A DNA stretch of 64,000 nucleotides from Escherichia coli. Its GTDB lineage: Bacteria; Pseudomonadota; Gammaproteobacteria; Enterobacterales; Enterobacteriaceae. A model generated the notes under the pieces. It worked only from the letters and a program-made list of their open reading frames with translations, ran no database searches and had not been told where the DNA came from. Every line of letters starts with the position of its first letter. Position 1 is the first letter of the stretch. The DNA lies in the NCBI RefSeq assembly GCF_044324875.1, contig NZ_CP172185.1. The stretch is one strand, 5' to 3'. Both the position numbers and the translations under genes were made by a program. This document shows positions 43,926-55,396 of this stretch, piece by piece.

Positions 43926-43931
43926 CGGGGG

Positions 43932-43965
43932 AAACAAAATGGCGCGCTACTCAGTAACGCGCCAC
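43932..43965 (-). terminator. crp rho-independent terminator
   Basis: On the minus strand, TGGCGCGttactgagtagCGCGCCA is followed by TTTTGTTT, about 12 nt after the crp stop codon. The T-run ends 6 nt before the yhfK ATG. Confidence 0.65.
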
Positions 43966-43975
43966 TCCGACGGGA

Positions 43976-44608
43976 TTAACGAGTGCCGTAAACGACGATG
44001 GTTTTACCGTGTGCGGAGATCAGGTTCTGATCTTCCAGCATCTTCAGAATGCGTCCCACGGTTTCACGAGAACAGCCGACTATCTGACCAATTTCCTGAC
44101 GGGTAATTTTGATTTGCATACCGTCCGGGTGAGTCATAGCATCCGGTTGTTTTGCCAGGTTCAGCAGAGTCTGTGCAATGCGGCCCGTCACGTCGAGGAA
44201 CGCCAGGTTGCCCACTTTCTCTGAAGTGACTTGCAGGCGACGCGCCATCTGTGCAGACAGACGCATCAGAATGTCCGGGTTTACCTGAATCAATTGGCGA
44301 AATTTTTTGTACGAAATTTCAGCCACTTCACAGGCGGTTTTCGCACGTACCCATGCGCTACGTTCCTGGCCCTCTTCAAACAGGCCCAGTTCGCCAATAA
44401 AATCACCCTGATTCAGATAGGAGAGGATCATTTCTTTACCCTCTTCGTCTTTGATCAGCACTGCCACAGAGCCTTTAACGATGTAGTACAGCGTTTCCGC
44501 TTTTTCACCCTGGTGAATAAGCGTGCTCTTGGATGGGTACTTATGAATGTGGCAATGAGACAAGAACCATTCGAGAGTCGGGTCTGTTTGCGGTTTGCCA
44601 AGCACCAT
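43976..44608 (-). CDS. crp: cAMP receptor protein
   Basis: 210-aa [63 protein letters not shown]...[30 protein letters not shown], which is the canonical CRP sequence. Confidence 0.99.
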
Positions 44609-44909
44609 GCGCGGTTATCCTCTGTTATAAGCTTTCTCCAGAGCCAGATAACGCCGCTGTCTCTGGATTGCCGAAATATGCTTCCCGCTACCTGGGAAGG
44701 GGCTATCAACTGTACTGCACGGTAATGTGACGTCCTTTGCATACATGCAGTACATCAATGTATTACTGTAGCATCCTGACTGTTTTAGCATAGCTTTCGC
44801 TTTGTGTCTCCTGGTGTCTCGCTTCAGCATGACCCAGGTCGCCTTCCGTTGCGCGATTTGGTTAGTACGCGTACTCTGTCAGGAAAATTGACGCAGTGGA
44901 GTAGCAAAA

Positions 44910-45314
44910 ATGCAAGCGCGAGTGAAGTGGGTCGAAGGGTTAACTTTTCTGGGCGAATCCGCCTCTGGTCACCAGATTTTAATGGACGGCAACTCAGGCG
45001 ATAAAGCACCAAGTCCGATGGAAATGGTGTTGATGGCGGCGGGTGGTTGCAGTGCCATCGATGTGGTTTCTATTCTGCAAAAAGGGCGTCAGGATGTGGT
45101 CGATTGTGAAGTAAAATTGACCTCTGAACGCCGCGAAGAGGCACCACGCCTGTTTACGCACATTAATCTGCATTTCATCGTCACCGGTCGCGACCTGAAA
45201 GACGCAGCGGTTGCGCGTGCGGTTGATCTCTCTGCTGAGAAATATTGTTCAGTGGCGTTGATGCTGGAAAAAGCGGTGAATATTACTCACTCGTATGAAG
45301 TGGTTGCCGCGTGA
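44910..45314 (+). CDS. yhfA: OsmC-family protein YhfA
   Basis: 134-aa ORF, divergent from crp. It is an OsmC/Ohr-like fold protein with the conserved Cys in GGCSAIDV. Confidence 0.9.
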   Translation: MQARVKWVEGLTFLGESASGHQILMDGNSGDKAPSPMEMVLMAAGGCSAIDVVSILQKGRQDVVDCEVKLTSERREEAPRLFTHINLHFIVTGRDLKDAAVARAVDLSAEKYCSVALMLEKAVNITHSYEVVAA

Positions 45315-45334
45315 TTTAACTATCCCATTGTGAA

Positions 45335-45356
45335 GCCGGATAGTATTTTATCCGGC
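45335..45356. terminator. Hairpin between the convergent genes yhfA and prkB (likely bidirectional terminator)
   Basis: GCCGGATAgtatttTATCCGGC is a perfect 8-bp stem. The flanking U-runs are modest. Confidence 0.5.
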
Positions 45357-45368
45357 GTAATAGCAAAG

Positions 45369-46238
45369 TTACTCGATTTTCTTTCCTTCCATCAATCGTT
45401 GCACCAGCGGCAGCATAATTAATTCCATTGCCAGACCCATTTTGCCGCCCGGTACCACTAACGTATTGACGTGGGAAATGAATGAGCCTTGCAACATCGC
45501 CAGCAGCCAGGGGAAATCGATCCCTTCCAGATTACGAAAATGGATCACCACAAAGCTTTCATCCAGCGACGGGATAGCTTTTGCCGCGAACGGGTTTGAG
45601 GTGTCAACGGTGGGGACGCGCTGGAAGTTAAGATGGGTGCGGGAAAACTGCGGTGTGATGTAGTTGATATAGTCTTCCATTGAACGCACTACTGAGTCCA
45701 TCACGGCTTCTCGTGAGTGCCCGCGCTCGCTGGTATCGCGGATCAGTTTTTGAATCCACTCAAGGTTAACGATAGGCACCACGCCAACCAGTAAATCCAC
45801 ATGCTGCGCAACGTTATGCTGTGGCGTGACTACGCCGCCGTGTAAACCTTCATAAAACAGTACATCAGTGGGTTCCGGTAAAGGTTGCCAGGGGGTGAAT
45901 GTCCCCGGTACCTGATTCCACGGTACGGCTTCATCGTAGGTATGCAGATATTTGCGAGATTTCCCTTTGCCGCTCTGACCATATTCAATGAAGGTTTGTT
46001 CCAGCAGGCCAAAGTCGTTCGCTTCGGGGCCGAAGTAGCTGATATGCCGCCCGGCGTCGCGCGCTTTGCGGATCGCCATGTCCATTTCCGGGCGGGTGTA
46101 ACGGTGAAAACTGTCGCCTTCCACCTCGGCTGCATGCAGATTTAACTGCGCGAATATTTTACGAAACGCGAGGCTGGTGGTGGTGGTCCCCGCGCCGCTG
46201 GATCCTGTTACCGCAATGACCGGATGTTTGGCAGACAT
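45369..46238 (-). CDS. prkB: Phosphoribulokinase homologue
   Basis: 289-aa ORF with a P-loop (VTGSSGAGTTT). It is PRK/uridine-kinase family. Confidence 0.93.
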   Translation of the reverse strand: MSAKHPVIAVTGSSGAGTTTTSLAFRKIFAQLNLHAAEVEGDSFHRYTRPEMDMAIRKARDAGRHISYFGPEANDFGLLEQTFIEYGQSGKGKSRKYLHTYDEAVPWNQVPGTFTPWQPLPEPTDVLFYEGLHGGVVTPQHNVAQHVDLLVGVVPIVNLEWIQKLIRDTSERGHSREAVMDSVVRSMEDYINYITPQFSRTHLNFQRVPTVDTSNPFAAKAIPSLDESFVVIHFRNLEGIDFPWLLAMLQGSFISHVNTLVVPGGKMGLAMELIMLPLVQRLMEGKKIE

Positions 46239-46291
46239 AGTAACTCCATGACTTAGCTATCATTATTATCTCGTCCGCCGACGGTTGCAGG

Positions 46292-46510
46292 TTATTCGCG
46301 AAACTGACTGCGCGGCATGATATTGACCGTTTCGTGCAGCTCCGACCATACCAGCACCGCTTCTCCGCACTGTAGCTGGCGTTTGACGTCGGCGACTTTC
46401 TGTTCAAGTGTACGCTCATGTTCACCATAATCGGTGCCTTCACGTAACACAAAGCTTTCAATTAAATTTTCCAGCGTTTCGGGGGAGAGGTCTTGCCACG
46501 GAATCAACAT
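46292..46510 (-). CDS. yheU: UPF0270 protein YheU
   Basis: 72-aa ORF ([29 protein letters not shown]) whose start overlaps the yheT stop codon by 7 nt. Confidence 0.88.
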
Positions 46511-47526
46511 GATTTCGCCTCCAGATACGTTGTTAACCAGTCAGGAATACGTGACTCCAGCCACATTTGCGGATGAAGTAATGTACCGCCAATAAAGCCA
46601 ACATGACCGCCATGTTCAGTCAGCTGATACTCCACCTGCGGGGGGAGACTTTCCGGTTTCGGGATCACCTGATGATCCATAAACGGATCGTCTTTGGCGT
46701 GAATAATCAGCGTCGGTTTGGCTATCCGATTAAGCATCGGCATGGCGCTACACTGACGATAATAGTCGATAGCGTCAGCGTAGCCGTGAATTCTGGCGGT
46801 GATGAGATCGTCAAATTCACGGATGCGACGTACCGATTTTAACTGCGCGAGATTAATCGGCAGCGTTCCGGGGTAGGCTGCCAGCTTGCGCGCGGCATTG
46901 GCTTTTAACAGGTTCAGCAAGTAACGCTGATAAACGCGGGAAAAGCCCTTTTCCATATGGTAACTACAGGCCTCCAGCATAAATGGCGCGGAGACAATTA
47001 CCGCTGCATCAATCGGGAGGTTATTACCTTCTTTTGCCAGCAAACAGGCCAGCATATTTCCGCCGAGCGAATAGCCGACGGCAGCCGTTGGCGCATGACC
47101 AAATTCGCGTTGCAGCCAGCGTAAAAACCAACTGGCGTCTTCGGTTTCGCCCGAATGGTAAATGCGGTGCATACGGTTTGGTTCACCGCTGCATCCGCGA
47201 AAATGCATCACCACGCCCAGCCAGCCACGCTTTTGCGCCGCCTCAACCAGACCGTGGGCGTAAGGGCTATTGAGACTGCCTTCCAGCCCGTGAAACACGA
47301 CTAAACGCGGTTTATGCCGCGCCTGTGCAGGATCTTCACTCCACGCGAGATCGACAAAATCGCCGTCGGGCAACTCCAGTCGCTGCCAGTGTGGGGTGAA
47401 TTTCACCTGACGACGAAACAGACGCGGCAGCATGGTTTGTAGATGACAATTGCTAAAGCCGCGCATGGGGGTGAATTCAGCACTGCTGCTGAATTCATTG
47501 GCATCGGTCGTCGTTATCTGCGCCAT
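46504..47526 (-). CDS. yheT: Alpha/beta-hydrolase YheT
   Basis: 340-aa ORF with a nucleophile elbow (GYSLGG) and an HG oxyanion motif (VVFHGLEGS). Its start overlaps the yheS stop codon by 1 nt. Confidence 0.9.
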
Positions 47527-49439
47527 CAGTTGCTTTGGCCTTCCAGCAGCATCTGCTCAAGCTGCTCCTGGGCTTCCAGCCACGCCATTTCGCACTCTTC
47601 CAGGCCGGATTTGGCGCTGGCTTGCTGTTGCAGGCAGGCGGTCAACTCCGCTTTACGGCTTTGATCGTACAGTTCGCTGTCGCCGAGTTTCTCTTCCGCC
47701 TGCGCCAGCTGTGCGTTCAGCTTCTCCATCTCTTTTTCCAGACGGGCAATCTCTTTACGCAGTGGCTGGGTTTGCGCACGCAGCTCCGCTTCCCGACGTT
47801 TCTGATCTTTACGTGCCTGGGCGCTGTTCGCGTTCTCTTTTGGCGCTTCGTCGGTCTGGTTTTCCTGCTTTTGTACGTCGCTCAACCACTGTTGATAATC
47901 TTCCAGATCGCCGTCGAACGGTTCGACTTTATGATCGTGAACCAGGTAGAGATCGTCAGTGGTGGAACGCAGCAAATGACGGTCGTGCGAGACGACAACC
48001 AGCGCGCCTTCGAACTCGATTAATGCTTCGGTGAGTGCCTGACGCATGTCGAGGTCAAGGTGGTTAGTCGGTTCGTCGAGCAGCAGCAGATTCGGACGCT
48101 GCCAGACGATTAATGCCAGCACCAGGCGGGCTTTTTCCCCACCGGAAAAGCGGCGCGTTTCTTCCGTCACTTTATCGCCCTGGAAACCAAAGCCGCCGAG
48201 GTAGTCACGCAGTTTTTGCTCCAGTTCCTGCGGCGCTAAACGTGCCAGATGTTGAATAGGCGATTCGTCGGCGCTCAGGTATTCAAGTTGATGCTGGGCG
48301 AAGTAGCCGAGCTTGATCCCTTTCGCCAGACCAATTTCACCGCTGACTGGCGCAAGTTCACCGGCTAACAGTTTGATTAATGTCGATTTACCCGCGCCGT
48401 TGCGGCCTAGCAGACCAATGCGCGAGCCGGGGACCAGATTCAGTTTAATCGAGTCGAGAATAATGCGATCGCCATAGCCTGCGCTGACCTTTTCCATCTT
48501 CAGTAACGGATTTGGCAGGCTTTCCGGCGCGCGGAAGCTAAAGCGGAACGGGTTGTCGACGTGCGCGGGGGCAATCAGCTCCATACGCTCAAGCATCTTA
48601 ATGCGGCTCTGGGCCTGCTTCGCTTTGGTGGCTTTGGCACGGAAACGGTCGATATAACTTTGCAGATGCGCCACGCGTTCCTGCTGGCTTTCGTACATCG
48701 CTTGTTGCTGCGCCAGACGGGTGGCGCGCTGCACTTCAAACGAACTGTAGTTGCCGGTGTACTCGAACATGCTTTGTTGTTCGATATGAATAATTTTATC
48801 AACGATCGGATCGAGGAAGTCGCGGTCGTGAGAGATCAGGATCAGTGTGCCCTGATAGCTCTTCAGCCATTTTTCCAGCCAGATAACAGCATCGAGATCG
48901 AGGTGGTTAGTCGGTTCGTCGAGCAGCAGCAAGTCTGAACGGCAAATCAGCGCCTGGGCAAGGTTAAGACGCATACGCCAGCCACCAGAGAAATCACTTA
49001 CCGGGCGCTCCAGTTGTTCATTGCTGAAACCGAGGCCGTGCAGCAGGCTGGCGGCACGGGAGCGAATACTCCATGCGTCAATAGCATCCAGCTTGCCATG
49101 AATAGTGGCGATGGCGTGCCCGTCGTTACGTTCGTTGGCGTCGTGTAGCTGCGCTTCCAGTTGACGATATTCACGGTCGCCGTCAATGACATATTCCAGC
49201 GCCGCTTGCGGTAACGCCGGCGTTTCCTGATTCACCCACGCCAGTTGCCAGCTTCCCGGAAAGGTGTAGCTGCCGCCGTCGGCGCTGATTTCATTTTTCA
49301 GCAATGCCAGCAGGGTAGATTTACCACAGCCGTTTTTACCCACCAGGCCGACTTTCTGCCCGGGGTTGATGGTGGCGGTGGCATTATCCAGCAGGACGCG
49401 CACGCCGCGACGAATTTGTAACGAGGAGAAAACAATCAT
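47526..49439 (-). CDS. yheS: ABC-F family ATPase YheS
   Basis: 637-aa ORF with two ABC cassettes (GKNGCGKST and GRNGAGKST, two LSGG signatures), no TM domain, and a C-terminal charged coiled-coil tail. Confidence 0.95.
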   Translation of the reverse strand: MIVFSSLQIRRGVRVLLDNATATINPGQKVGLVGKNGCGKSTLLALLKNEISADGGSYTFPGSWQLAWVNQETPALPQAALEYVIDGDREYRQLEAQLHDANERNDGHAIATIHGKLDAIDAWSIRSRAASLLHGLGFSNEQLERPVSDFSGGWRMRLNLAQALICRSDLLLLDEPTNHLDLDAVIWLEKWLKSYQGTLILISHDRDFLDPIVDKIIHIEQQSMFEYTGNYSSFEVQRATRLAQQQAMYESQQERVAHLQSYIDRFRAKATKAKQAQSRIKMLERMELIAPAHVDNPFRFSFRAPESLPNPLLKMEKVSAGYGDRIILDSIKLNLVPGSRIGLLGRNGAGKSTLIKLLAGELAPVSGEIGLAKGIKLGYFAQHQLEYLSADESPIQHLARLAPQELEQKLRDYLGGFGFQGDKVTEETRRFSGGEKARLVLALIVWQRPNLLLLDEPTNHLDLDMRQALTEALIEFEGALVVVSHDRHLLRSTTDDLYLVHDHKVEPFDGDLEDYQQWLSDVQKQENQTDEAPKENANSAQARKDQKRREAELRAQTQPLRKEIARLEKEMEKLNAQLAQAEEKLGDSELYDQSRKAELTACLQQQASAKSGLEECEMAWLEAQEQLEQMLLEGQSN

Positions 49440-49566
49440 AAGGTGCCGTATGTTCAGACTATGTTAACTTATCATTATGATAATGTAATGTATGGGCGAG
49501 CTGCCGCACCGGGCGCAATGGTAGCCCAAAACAGCGACTATACACAAAAACCATACCGGGAGGGGG

Positions 49567-50121
49567 ATGATGTCTCAGCCAGCGAAAGTTTTGCTGCTGT
49601 ATGCCCATCCGGAATCTCAGGACTCGGTGGCAAACCGGGTACTGCTTAAACCGGCCACGCAGCTCAGCAATGTTACCGTGCACGACCTTTACGCGCACTA
49701 TCCCGATTTTTTTATTGATATCCCCCGTGAGCAGGCATTACTGCGCGAGCACGAGGTGATTGTCTTTCAGCATCCTCTTTATACCTATAGCTGCCCGGCG
49801 CTACTGAAAGAGTGGCTGGACCGGGTATTAAGTCGTGGTTTTGCCAGCGGGCCGGGGGGAAACCAACTGGCGGGAAAGTACTGGCGTAGCGTGATTACCA
49901 CCGGCGAGCCGGAAAGTGCTTACCGTTATGACGCCTTGAATCGCTACCCGATGAGCGATGTTCTGCGCCCCTTTGAACTAGCGGCGGGCATGTGCCGGAT
50001 GCATTGGTTGAGTCCCATCATTATTTACTGGGCGAGACGGCAAAGCGCACAGGAGCTGGCGAGTCACGCCAGAGCCTACGGTGACTGGCTGGCAAATCCG
50101 CTGTCTCCAGGAGGCCGCTGA
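49567..50121 (+). CDS. kefG: KefB ancillary protein KefG (flavodoxin-like quinone oxidoreductase fold)
   Basis: 184-aa ORF ([20 protein letters not shown]). Its stop codon overlaps the kefB ATG (TGATG). Confidence 0.93.
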
Positions 50122-51926
50122 TGGAAGGTTCCGATTTTTTACTCGCAGGAGTGTTGTTTCTCTTCGCGGCGGTGGCTGCGGTGCCGCTGGCATCGCGGCT
50201 GGGTATTGGCGCTGTGTTGGGATATTTGCTGGCAGGGATTGCAATTGGCCCGTGGGGGCTGGGTTTTATTAGCGACGTCGATGAGATCCTCCACTTTTCG
50301 GAACTCGGCGTGGTGTTCCTGATGTTTATCATCGGCCTGGAGTTGAATCCCTCCAAGCTTTGGCAATTGCGGCGTTCGATTTTTGGCGTAGGTGCAGCAC
50401 AGGTGCTGTTAAGCGCGGCGTTGCTGGCGGGATTATTGATGCTGACGGATTTCGCCTGGCAGGCGGCGGTGGTCGGTGGCATTGGCCTTGCGATGTCTTC
50501 AACTGCAATGGCGTTGCAATTGATGCGTGAGAAAGGGATGAATCGCAGCGAATCCGGGCAGTTAGGTTTTTCGGTTCTGCTGTTTCAGGATCTGGCGGTG
50601 ATCCCGGCGCTGGCGTTAGTACCGTTACTGGCGGGTTCGGCAGACGAACATTTCGACTGGATGAAGATCGGCATGAAGGTGCTGGCGTTTGTCGGCATGC
50701 TGATTGGGGGACGCTATTTACTGCGTCCGGTATTCCGTTTTATTGCAGCTTCTGGCGTGCGGGAAGTGTTCACCGCCGCGACGCTACTGCTGGTGTTGGG
50801 TTCCGCAATGTTTATGGATGCGCTGGGGCTGTCGATGGCGCTCGGTACGTTTATTGCGGGCGTGTTGCTGGCAGAAAGCGAATATCGCCACGAACTGGAA
50901 ACAGCTATCGACCCGTTTAAGGGGTTGCTGCTCGGTTTGTTCTTTATCTCTGTCGGCATGTCGCTCAATCTCGGGGTGCTTTATACCCATCTGTTGTGGG
51001 TAGTGATAAGCGTGGTTGTGCTGGTGGCGGTGAAAATTCTCGTGTTGTATCTGCTGGCGCGATTGTATGGCGTGCGTAGCTCAGAGCGGATGCAGTTTGC
51101 TGGCGTGTTGAGTCAGGGCGGCGAGTTTGCCTTTGTCCTCTTTTCTACCGCTTCTTCGCAACGCTTATTCCAGGGCGACCAGATGGCGCTGTTGCTGGTG
51201 ACGGTGACGCTTTCCATGATGACCACGCCGTTGCTGATGAAGCTGGTGGATAAATGGCTATCCCGCCAGTTTAACGGACCGGAAGAAGAAGACGAAAAAC
51301 CGTGGGTCAACGATGATAAACCCCAGGTCATTGTCGTGGGCTTCGGGCGTTTTGGTCAGGTGATTGGTCGTTTGCTGATGGCAAATAAAATGCGCATTAC
51401 TGTGCTGGAGCGGGATATCAGTGCCGTTAACCTGATGCGCAAATATGGCTACAAAGTTTATTACGGCGACGCCACGCAGGTCGATCTGTTACGTTCTGCG
51501 GGAGCAGAGGCCGCTGAGTCTATCGTCATTACCTGTAACGAGCCGGAAGACACCATGAAGCTGGTGGACATATGCCAGCAGCACTTTCCGCATTTGCATA
51601 TTCTTGCGCGAGCGCGCGGACGTGTGGAAGCGCATGAGTTATTACAGGCAGGGGTGACGCAGTTTTCCCGTGAAACATTCTCCAGTGCGTTAGAGCTGGG
51701 GCGCAAGACGCTGGTCACGCTTGGCATGCATCCGCATCAGGCACAGCGGGCGCAACTGCATTTTCGTCGCCTGGATATGCGGATGCTGCGAGAGCTCATC
51801 CCAATGCATACCGATACCGTACAAATTTCTCGCGCCAGGGAAGCCCGACGCGAACTGGAAGAGATTTTCCAGCGTGAAATGCAACAAGAACGACGCCAGC
51901 TGGACGGCTGGGATGAATTTGAGTAG
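50121..51926 (+). CDS. kefB: Glutathione-regulated K+ efflux system KefB
   Basis: 601-aa ORF with a CPA2 membrane domain and a KTN/RCK domain ([11 protein letters not shown]). Confidence 0.97.
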   Translation: MEGSDFLLAGVLFLFAAVAAVPLASRLGIGAVLGYLLAGIAIGPWGLGFISDVDEILHFSELGVVFLMFIIGLELNPSKLWQLRRSIFGVGAAQVLLSAALLAGLLMLTDFAWQAAVVGGIGLAMSSTAMALQLMREKGMNRSESGQLGFSVLLFQDLAVIPALALVPLLAGSADEHFDWMKIGMKVLAFVGMLIGGRYLLRPVFRFIAASGVREVFTAATLLLVLGSAMFMDALGLSMALGTFIAGVLLAESEYRHELETAIDPFKGLLLGLFFISVGMSLNLGVLYTHLLWVVISVVVLVAVKILVLYLLARLYGVRSSERMQFAGVLSQGGEFAFVLFSTASSQRLFQGDQMALLLVTVTLSMMTTPLLMKLVDKWLSRQFNGPEEEDEKPWVNDDKPQVIVVGFGRFGQVIGRLLMANKMRITVLERDISAVNLMRKYGYKVYYGDATQVDLLRSAGAEAAESIVITCNEPEDTMKLVDICQQHFPHLHILARARGRVEAHELLQAGVTQFSRETFSSALELGRKTLVTLGMHPHQAQRAQLHFRRLDMRMLRELIPMHTDTVQISRAREARRELEEIFQREMQQERRQLDGWDEFE

Positions 51927-51935
51927 AGGGTAAAG

Positions 51936-52136
51936 ATGGCAATCCGAAAACGTTTTATTGCGGGCGCAAAATGCCCGGCCTGTCAGGCACAGGATTCAAT
52001 GGCGATGTGGCGCGAAAATAATATTGATATTGTTGAATGTGTTAAGTGTGGACATCAGATGCGAGAAGCAGACAAAGAAGCCCGCGATCACGTTCGCAAA
52101 GATGAGCAAGTGATCGGGATTTTTCATCCGGACTAG
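51936..52136 (+). CDS. yheV: Zinc-ribbon protein YheV
   Basis: 66-aa ORF with CPAC...CVKCG cysteine pairs. It follows kefB, as in E. coli. Confidence 0.85.
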   Translation: MAIRKRFIAGAKCPACQAQDSMAMWRENNIDIVECVKCGHQMREADKEARDHVRKDEQVIGIFHPD

Positions 52137-52230
52137 CGATATGCGCCGAGTTTTTTTAAGCTAGTGAGTACACGGCTGCAGAATTCCGCTACAATCTGCG
52201 CCACTATTCTTCCCATGCTCAGGAGATATC

Positions 52231-52821
52231 ATGAAAGTAGCAAAAGACCTGGTGGTCAGCCTGGCCTATCAGGTACGTACAGAAGACGGTGTGTTGGTTG
52301 ATGAGTCTCCGGTGAGTGCGCCGCTGGACTACCTGCATGGTCACGGTTCCCTGATCTCTGGCCTGGAAACGGCGCTGGAAGGTCATGAAGTTGGCGACAA
52401 ATTTGATGTCGCTGTTGGCGCGAACGACGCTTACGGTCAGTACGACGAAAACCTGGTGCAACGCGTTCCTAAAGACGTATTTATGGGCGTTGATGAACTG
52501 CAGGTTGGTATGCGTTTCCTGGCTGAAACCGACCAGGGTCCGGTACCGGTTGAAATCACTGCGGTTGAAGACGATCACGTCGTGGTTGATGGTAACCACA
52601 TGCTGGCCGGTCAGAACCTGAACTTCAACGTTGAAGTTGTGGCGATTCGCGAAGCGACTGAAGAAGAACTGGCTCATGGCCACGTTCACGGTGCGCACGA
52701 TCATCACCACGATCACGACCACGACGGTTGCTGCGGTGGTCATGGCCACGATCACGGTCATGAACACGGTGGCGAAGGCTGCTGCGGCGGTAAAGGTAAC
52801 GGCGGTTGCGGTTGCCACTAA
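52231..52821 (+). CDS. slyD: FKBP-type PPIase/metallochaperone SlyD
   Basis: 196-aa ORF with an FKBP and IF domain and a His/Cys/Asp-rich C-terminal tail (HGHVHGAHDHHHDHDHDGCCGGHGHDHGHEHGGEGCCGG). Confidence 0.98.
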   Translation: MKVAKDLVVSLAYQVRTEDGVLVDESPVSAPLDYLHGHGSLISGLETALEGHEVGDKFDVAVGANDAYGQYDENLVQRVPKDVFMGVDELQVGMRFLAETDQGPVPVEITAVEDDHVVVDGNHMLAGQNLNFNVEVVAIREATEEELAHGHVHGAHDHHHDHDHDGCCGGHGHDHGHEHGGEGCCGGKGNGGCGCH

Positions 52822-52836
52822 TACCGAAAACGTGAC

Positions 52837-52865
52837 AAAAAAGCGGGGAATCCCCGCTTTTTTTA
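52837..52865. terminator. Bidirectional terminator shared by slyD and slyX
   Basis: aaaaaAGCGGGGAaTCCCCGCTttttttt, with A-runs and T-runs on both sides, lies between the convergent stop codons. Confidence 0.85.
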
Positions 52866-52869
52866 CGCC

Positions 52870-53088
52870 TCAATAATGTGGCGGTGGCGTTTCTTCAGCC
52901 TGCGACGCGATGTTCGACGGCTGGCTGGCTTTTAGCTTCTCGGTCAGCAGACGCAGATGATCGCGCAGTTTCGCCATCTCCATTTCATGAGCGGTCACCG
53001 TGACGTTCAGTTCTTCAATGGTGATTTCCTGAAAAGCCAGTCGGCTCTCCAGCTCTGCCAGGCGTGCTTCCAATGATAAATCCTGCAT
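52870..53088 (-). CDS. slyX: SlyX coiled-coil protein
   Basis: 72-aa ORF ([28 protein letters not shown]). Confidence 0.92.
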
Positions 53089-53168
53089 GATTCACCTCTT
53101 TTGTCGAATGGTCGCCGCGGATTCTACTTAACTTTGCTGCCCGAGACAGCACTCATTTCGCGGTCATC

Positions 53169-53196
53169 GAAACTAATTTAAACAAAAAGAGTCTGA
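53169..53196 (+). promoter_or_regulatory. Candidate sigma-E promoter of fkpA
   Basis: GAAACTA-N16-TCTGA resembles the sigma-E consensus GGAACTT-N16-TCTGA/TCAAA. fkpA is a known sigma-E regulon member. The exact promoter was not verified. Confidence 0.35.
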
Positions 53197-53308
53197 AAAT
53201 AGATGATAATAGGGCGTGTCTGTATGTAGATTTGTTCGACAACGCTTTATAGTACCCTTCTGATAATAGTTAACCCTGGGGTGAGATGCCCCGATCCTGG
53301 AGATATGG

Positions 53309-54121
53309 ATGAAATCACTGTTTAAAGTAACGCTGCTGGCGACCACAATGGCCGTTGCCCTGCATGCACCGATCACTTTTGCTGCTGAAGCTGCAAAACC
53401 TGCTACAACTGCTGACAGCAAAGCAGCGTTCAAAAATGACGATCAGAAATCAGCTTATGCACTGGGTGCTTCGCTGGGTCGTTACATGGAAAACTCTCTT
53501 AAAGAACAAGAAAAACTGGGCATCAAACTGGATAAAGATCAGCTGATCGCTGGTGTTCAGGATGCATTTGCTGATAAGAGCAAACTCTCCGACCAAGAGA
53601 TCGAACAGACACTGCAAGCATTCGAAGCTCGCGTGAAGTCTTCTGCTCAGGCGAAGATGGAAAAAGACGCGGCAGATAACGAAGCGAAAGGTAAAGAGTA
53701 CCGCGAGAAATTTGCCAAAGAGAAAGGTGTGAAAACCTCTTCAACTGGTCTGGTTTATCAGGTAGTCGAAGCCGGTAAAGGCGAAGCACCGAAAGACAGC
53801 GATACTGTTGTCGTGAACTACAAAGGTACGCTGATCGACGGTAAAGAGTTCGACAACTCTTACACCCGTGGTGAACCGCTCTCTTTCCGTCTGGACGGTG
53901 TTATTCCGGGTTGGACAGAAGGTCTGAAGAACATCAAGAAAGGCGGTAAGATCAAACTGGTTATTCCACCAGAACTGGCTTACGGCAAAGCGGGTGTTCC
54001 GGGGATCCCACCGAATTCTACCCTGGTGTTTGACGTAGAGCTGCTGGATGTGAAACCAGCGCCGAAGGCTGATGCAAAGCCGGAAGCTGATGCGAAAGCC
54101 GCAGATTCTGCTAAAAAATAA
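53309..54121 (+). CDS. fkpA: Periplasmic FKBP-type PPIase/chaperone FkpA
   Basis: 270-aa ORF with a signal peptide (MKSLFKVTLLATTMAVALHAPITFA) and an FKBP domain (VVVNYKGTLIDGKEFDNS). Confidence 0.97.
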   Translation: MKSLFKVTLLATTMAVALHAPITFAAEAAKPATTADSKAAFKNDDQKSAYALGASLGRYMENSLKEQEKLGIKLDKDQLIAGVQDAFADKSKLSDQEIEQTLQAFEARVKSSAQAKMEKDAADNEAKGKEYREKFAKEKGVKTSSTGLVYQVVEAGKGEAPKDSDTVVVNYKGTLIDGKEFDNSYTRGEPLSFRLDGVIPGWTEGLKNIKKGGKIKLVIPPELAYGKAGVPGIPPNSTLVFDVELLDVKPAPKADAKPEADAKAADSAKK

Positions 54122-54129
54122 GCATTAAG

Positions 54130-54161
54130 AACCGCCGCCTGACCAGGCGGCGGTTTTTTTA
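54130..54161 (+). terminator. fkpA rho-independent terminator
   Basis: AACCGCCGCCTGaccCAGGCGGCGGTT is followed by TTTTTT. Confidence 0.9.
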
Positions 54162-54287
54162 TTACAGGCCGGATATAATTAGTGCTGGAAAGCGGAACCT
54201 CCGCTGTATTAATTTAGTTACCCGCATCATTAATGAGCCTGCCCTGAAAAGTTAACGACAGGCTCCTGAAAAGGAGTGTTTTTTTTC

Positions 54288-55395
<1,108 letters not shown>

Positions 55396-55396
<1 letters not shown>

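Noticed and set aside
44726-44741. TGTGA-N6-TTGCA in the crp-yhfA intergenic region as the autoregulatory CRP site
   Set aside because: Only one half-site is good, and I cannot recall the mapped site precisely enough to support a coordinate-level call. I left it out of the feature list.
52680-52815. Short-period CAC/GAT/GGT repeats at the slyD 3' end, considered as a tandem repeat or array
   Set aside because: These are simply the codons for the known His/Asp/Cys/Gly-rich metal-binding tail of SlyD. The reading frame is intact and there is no spacer-repeat organisation.
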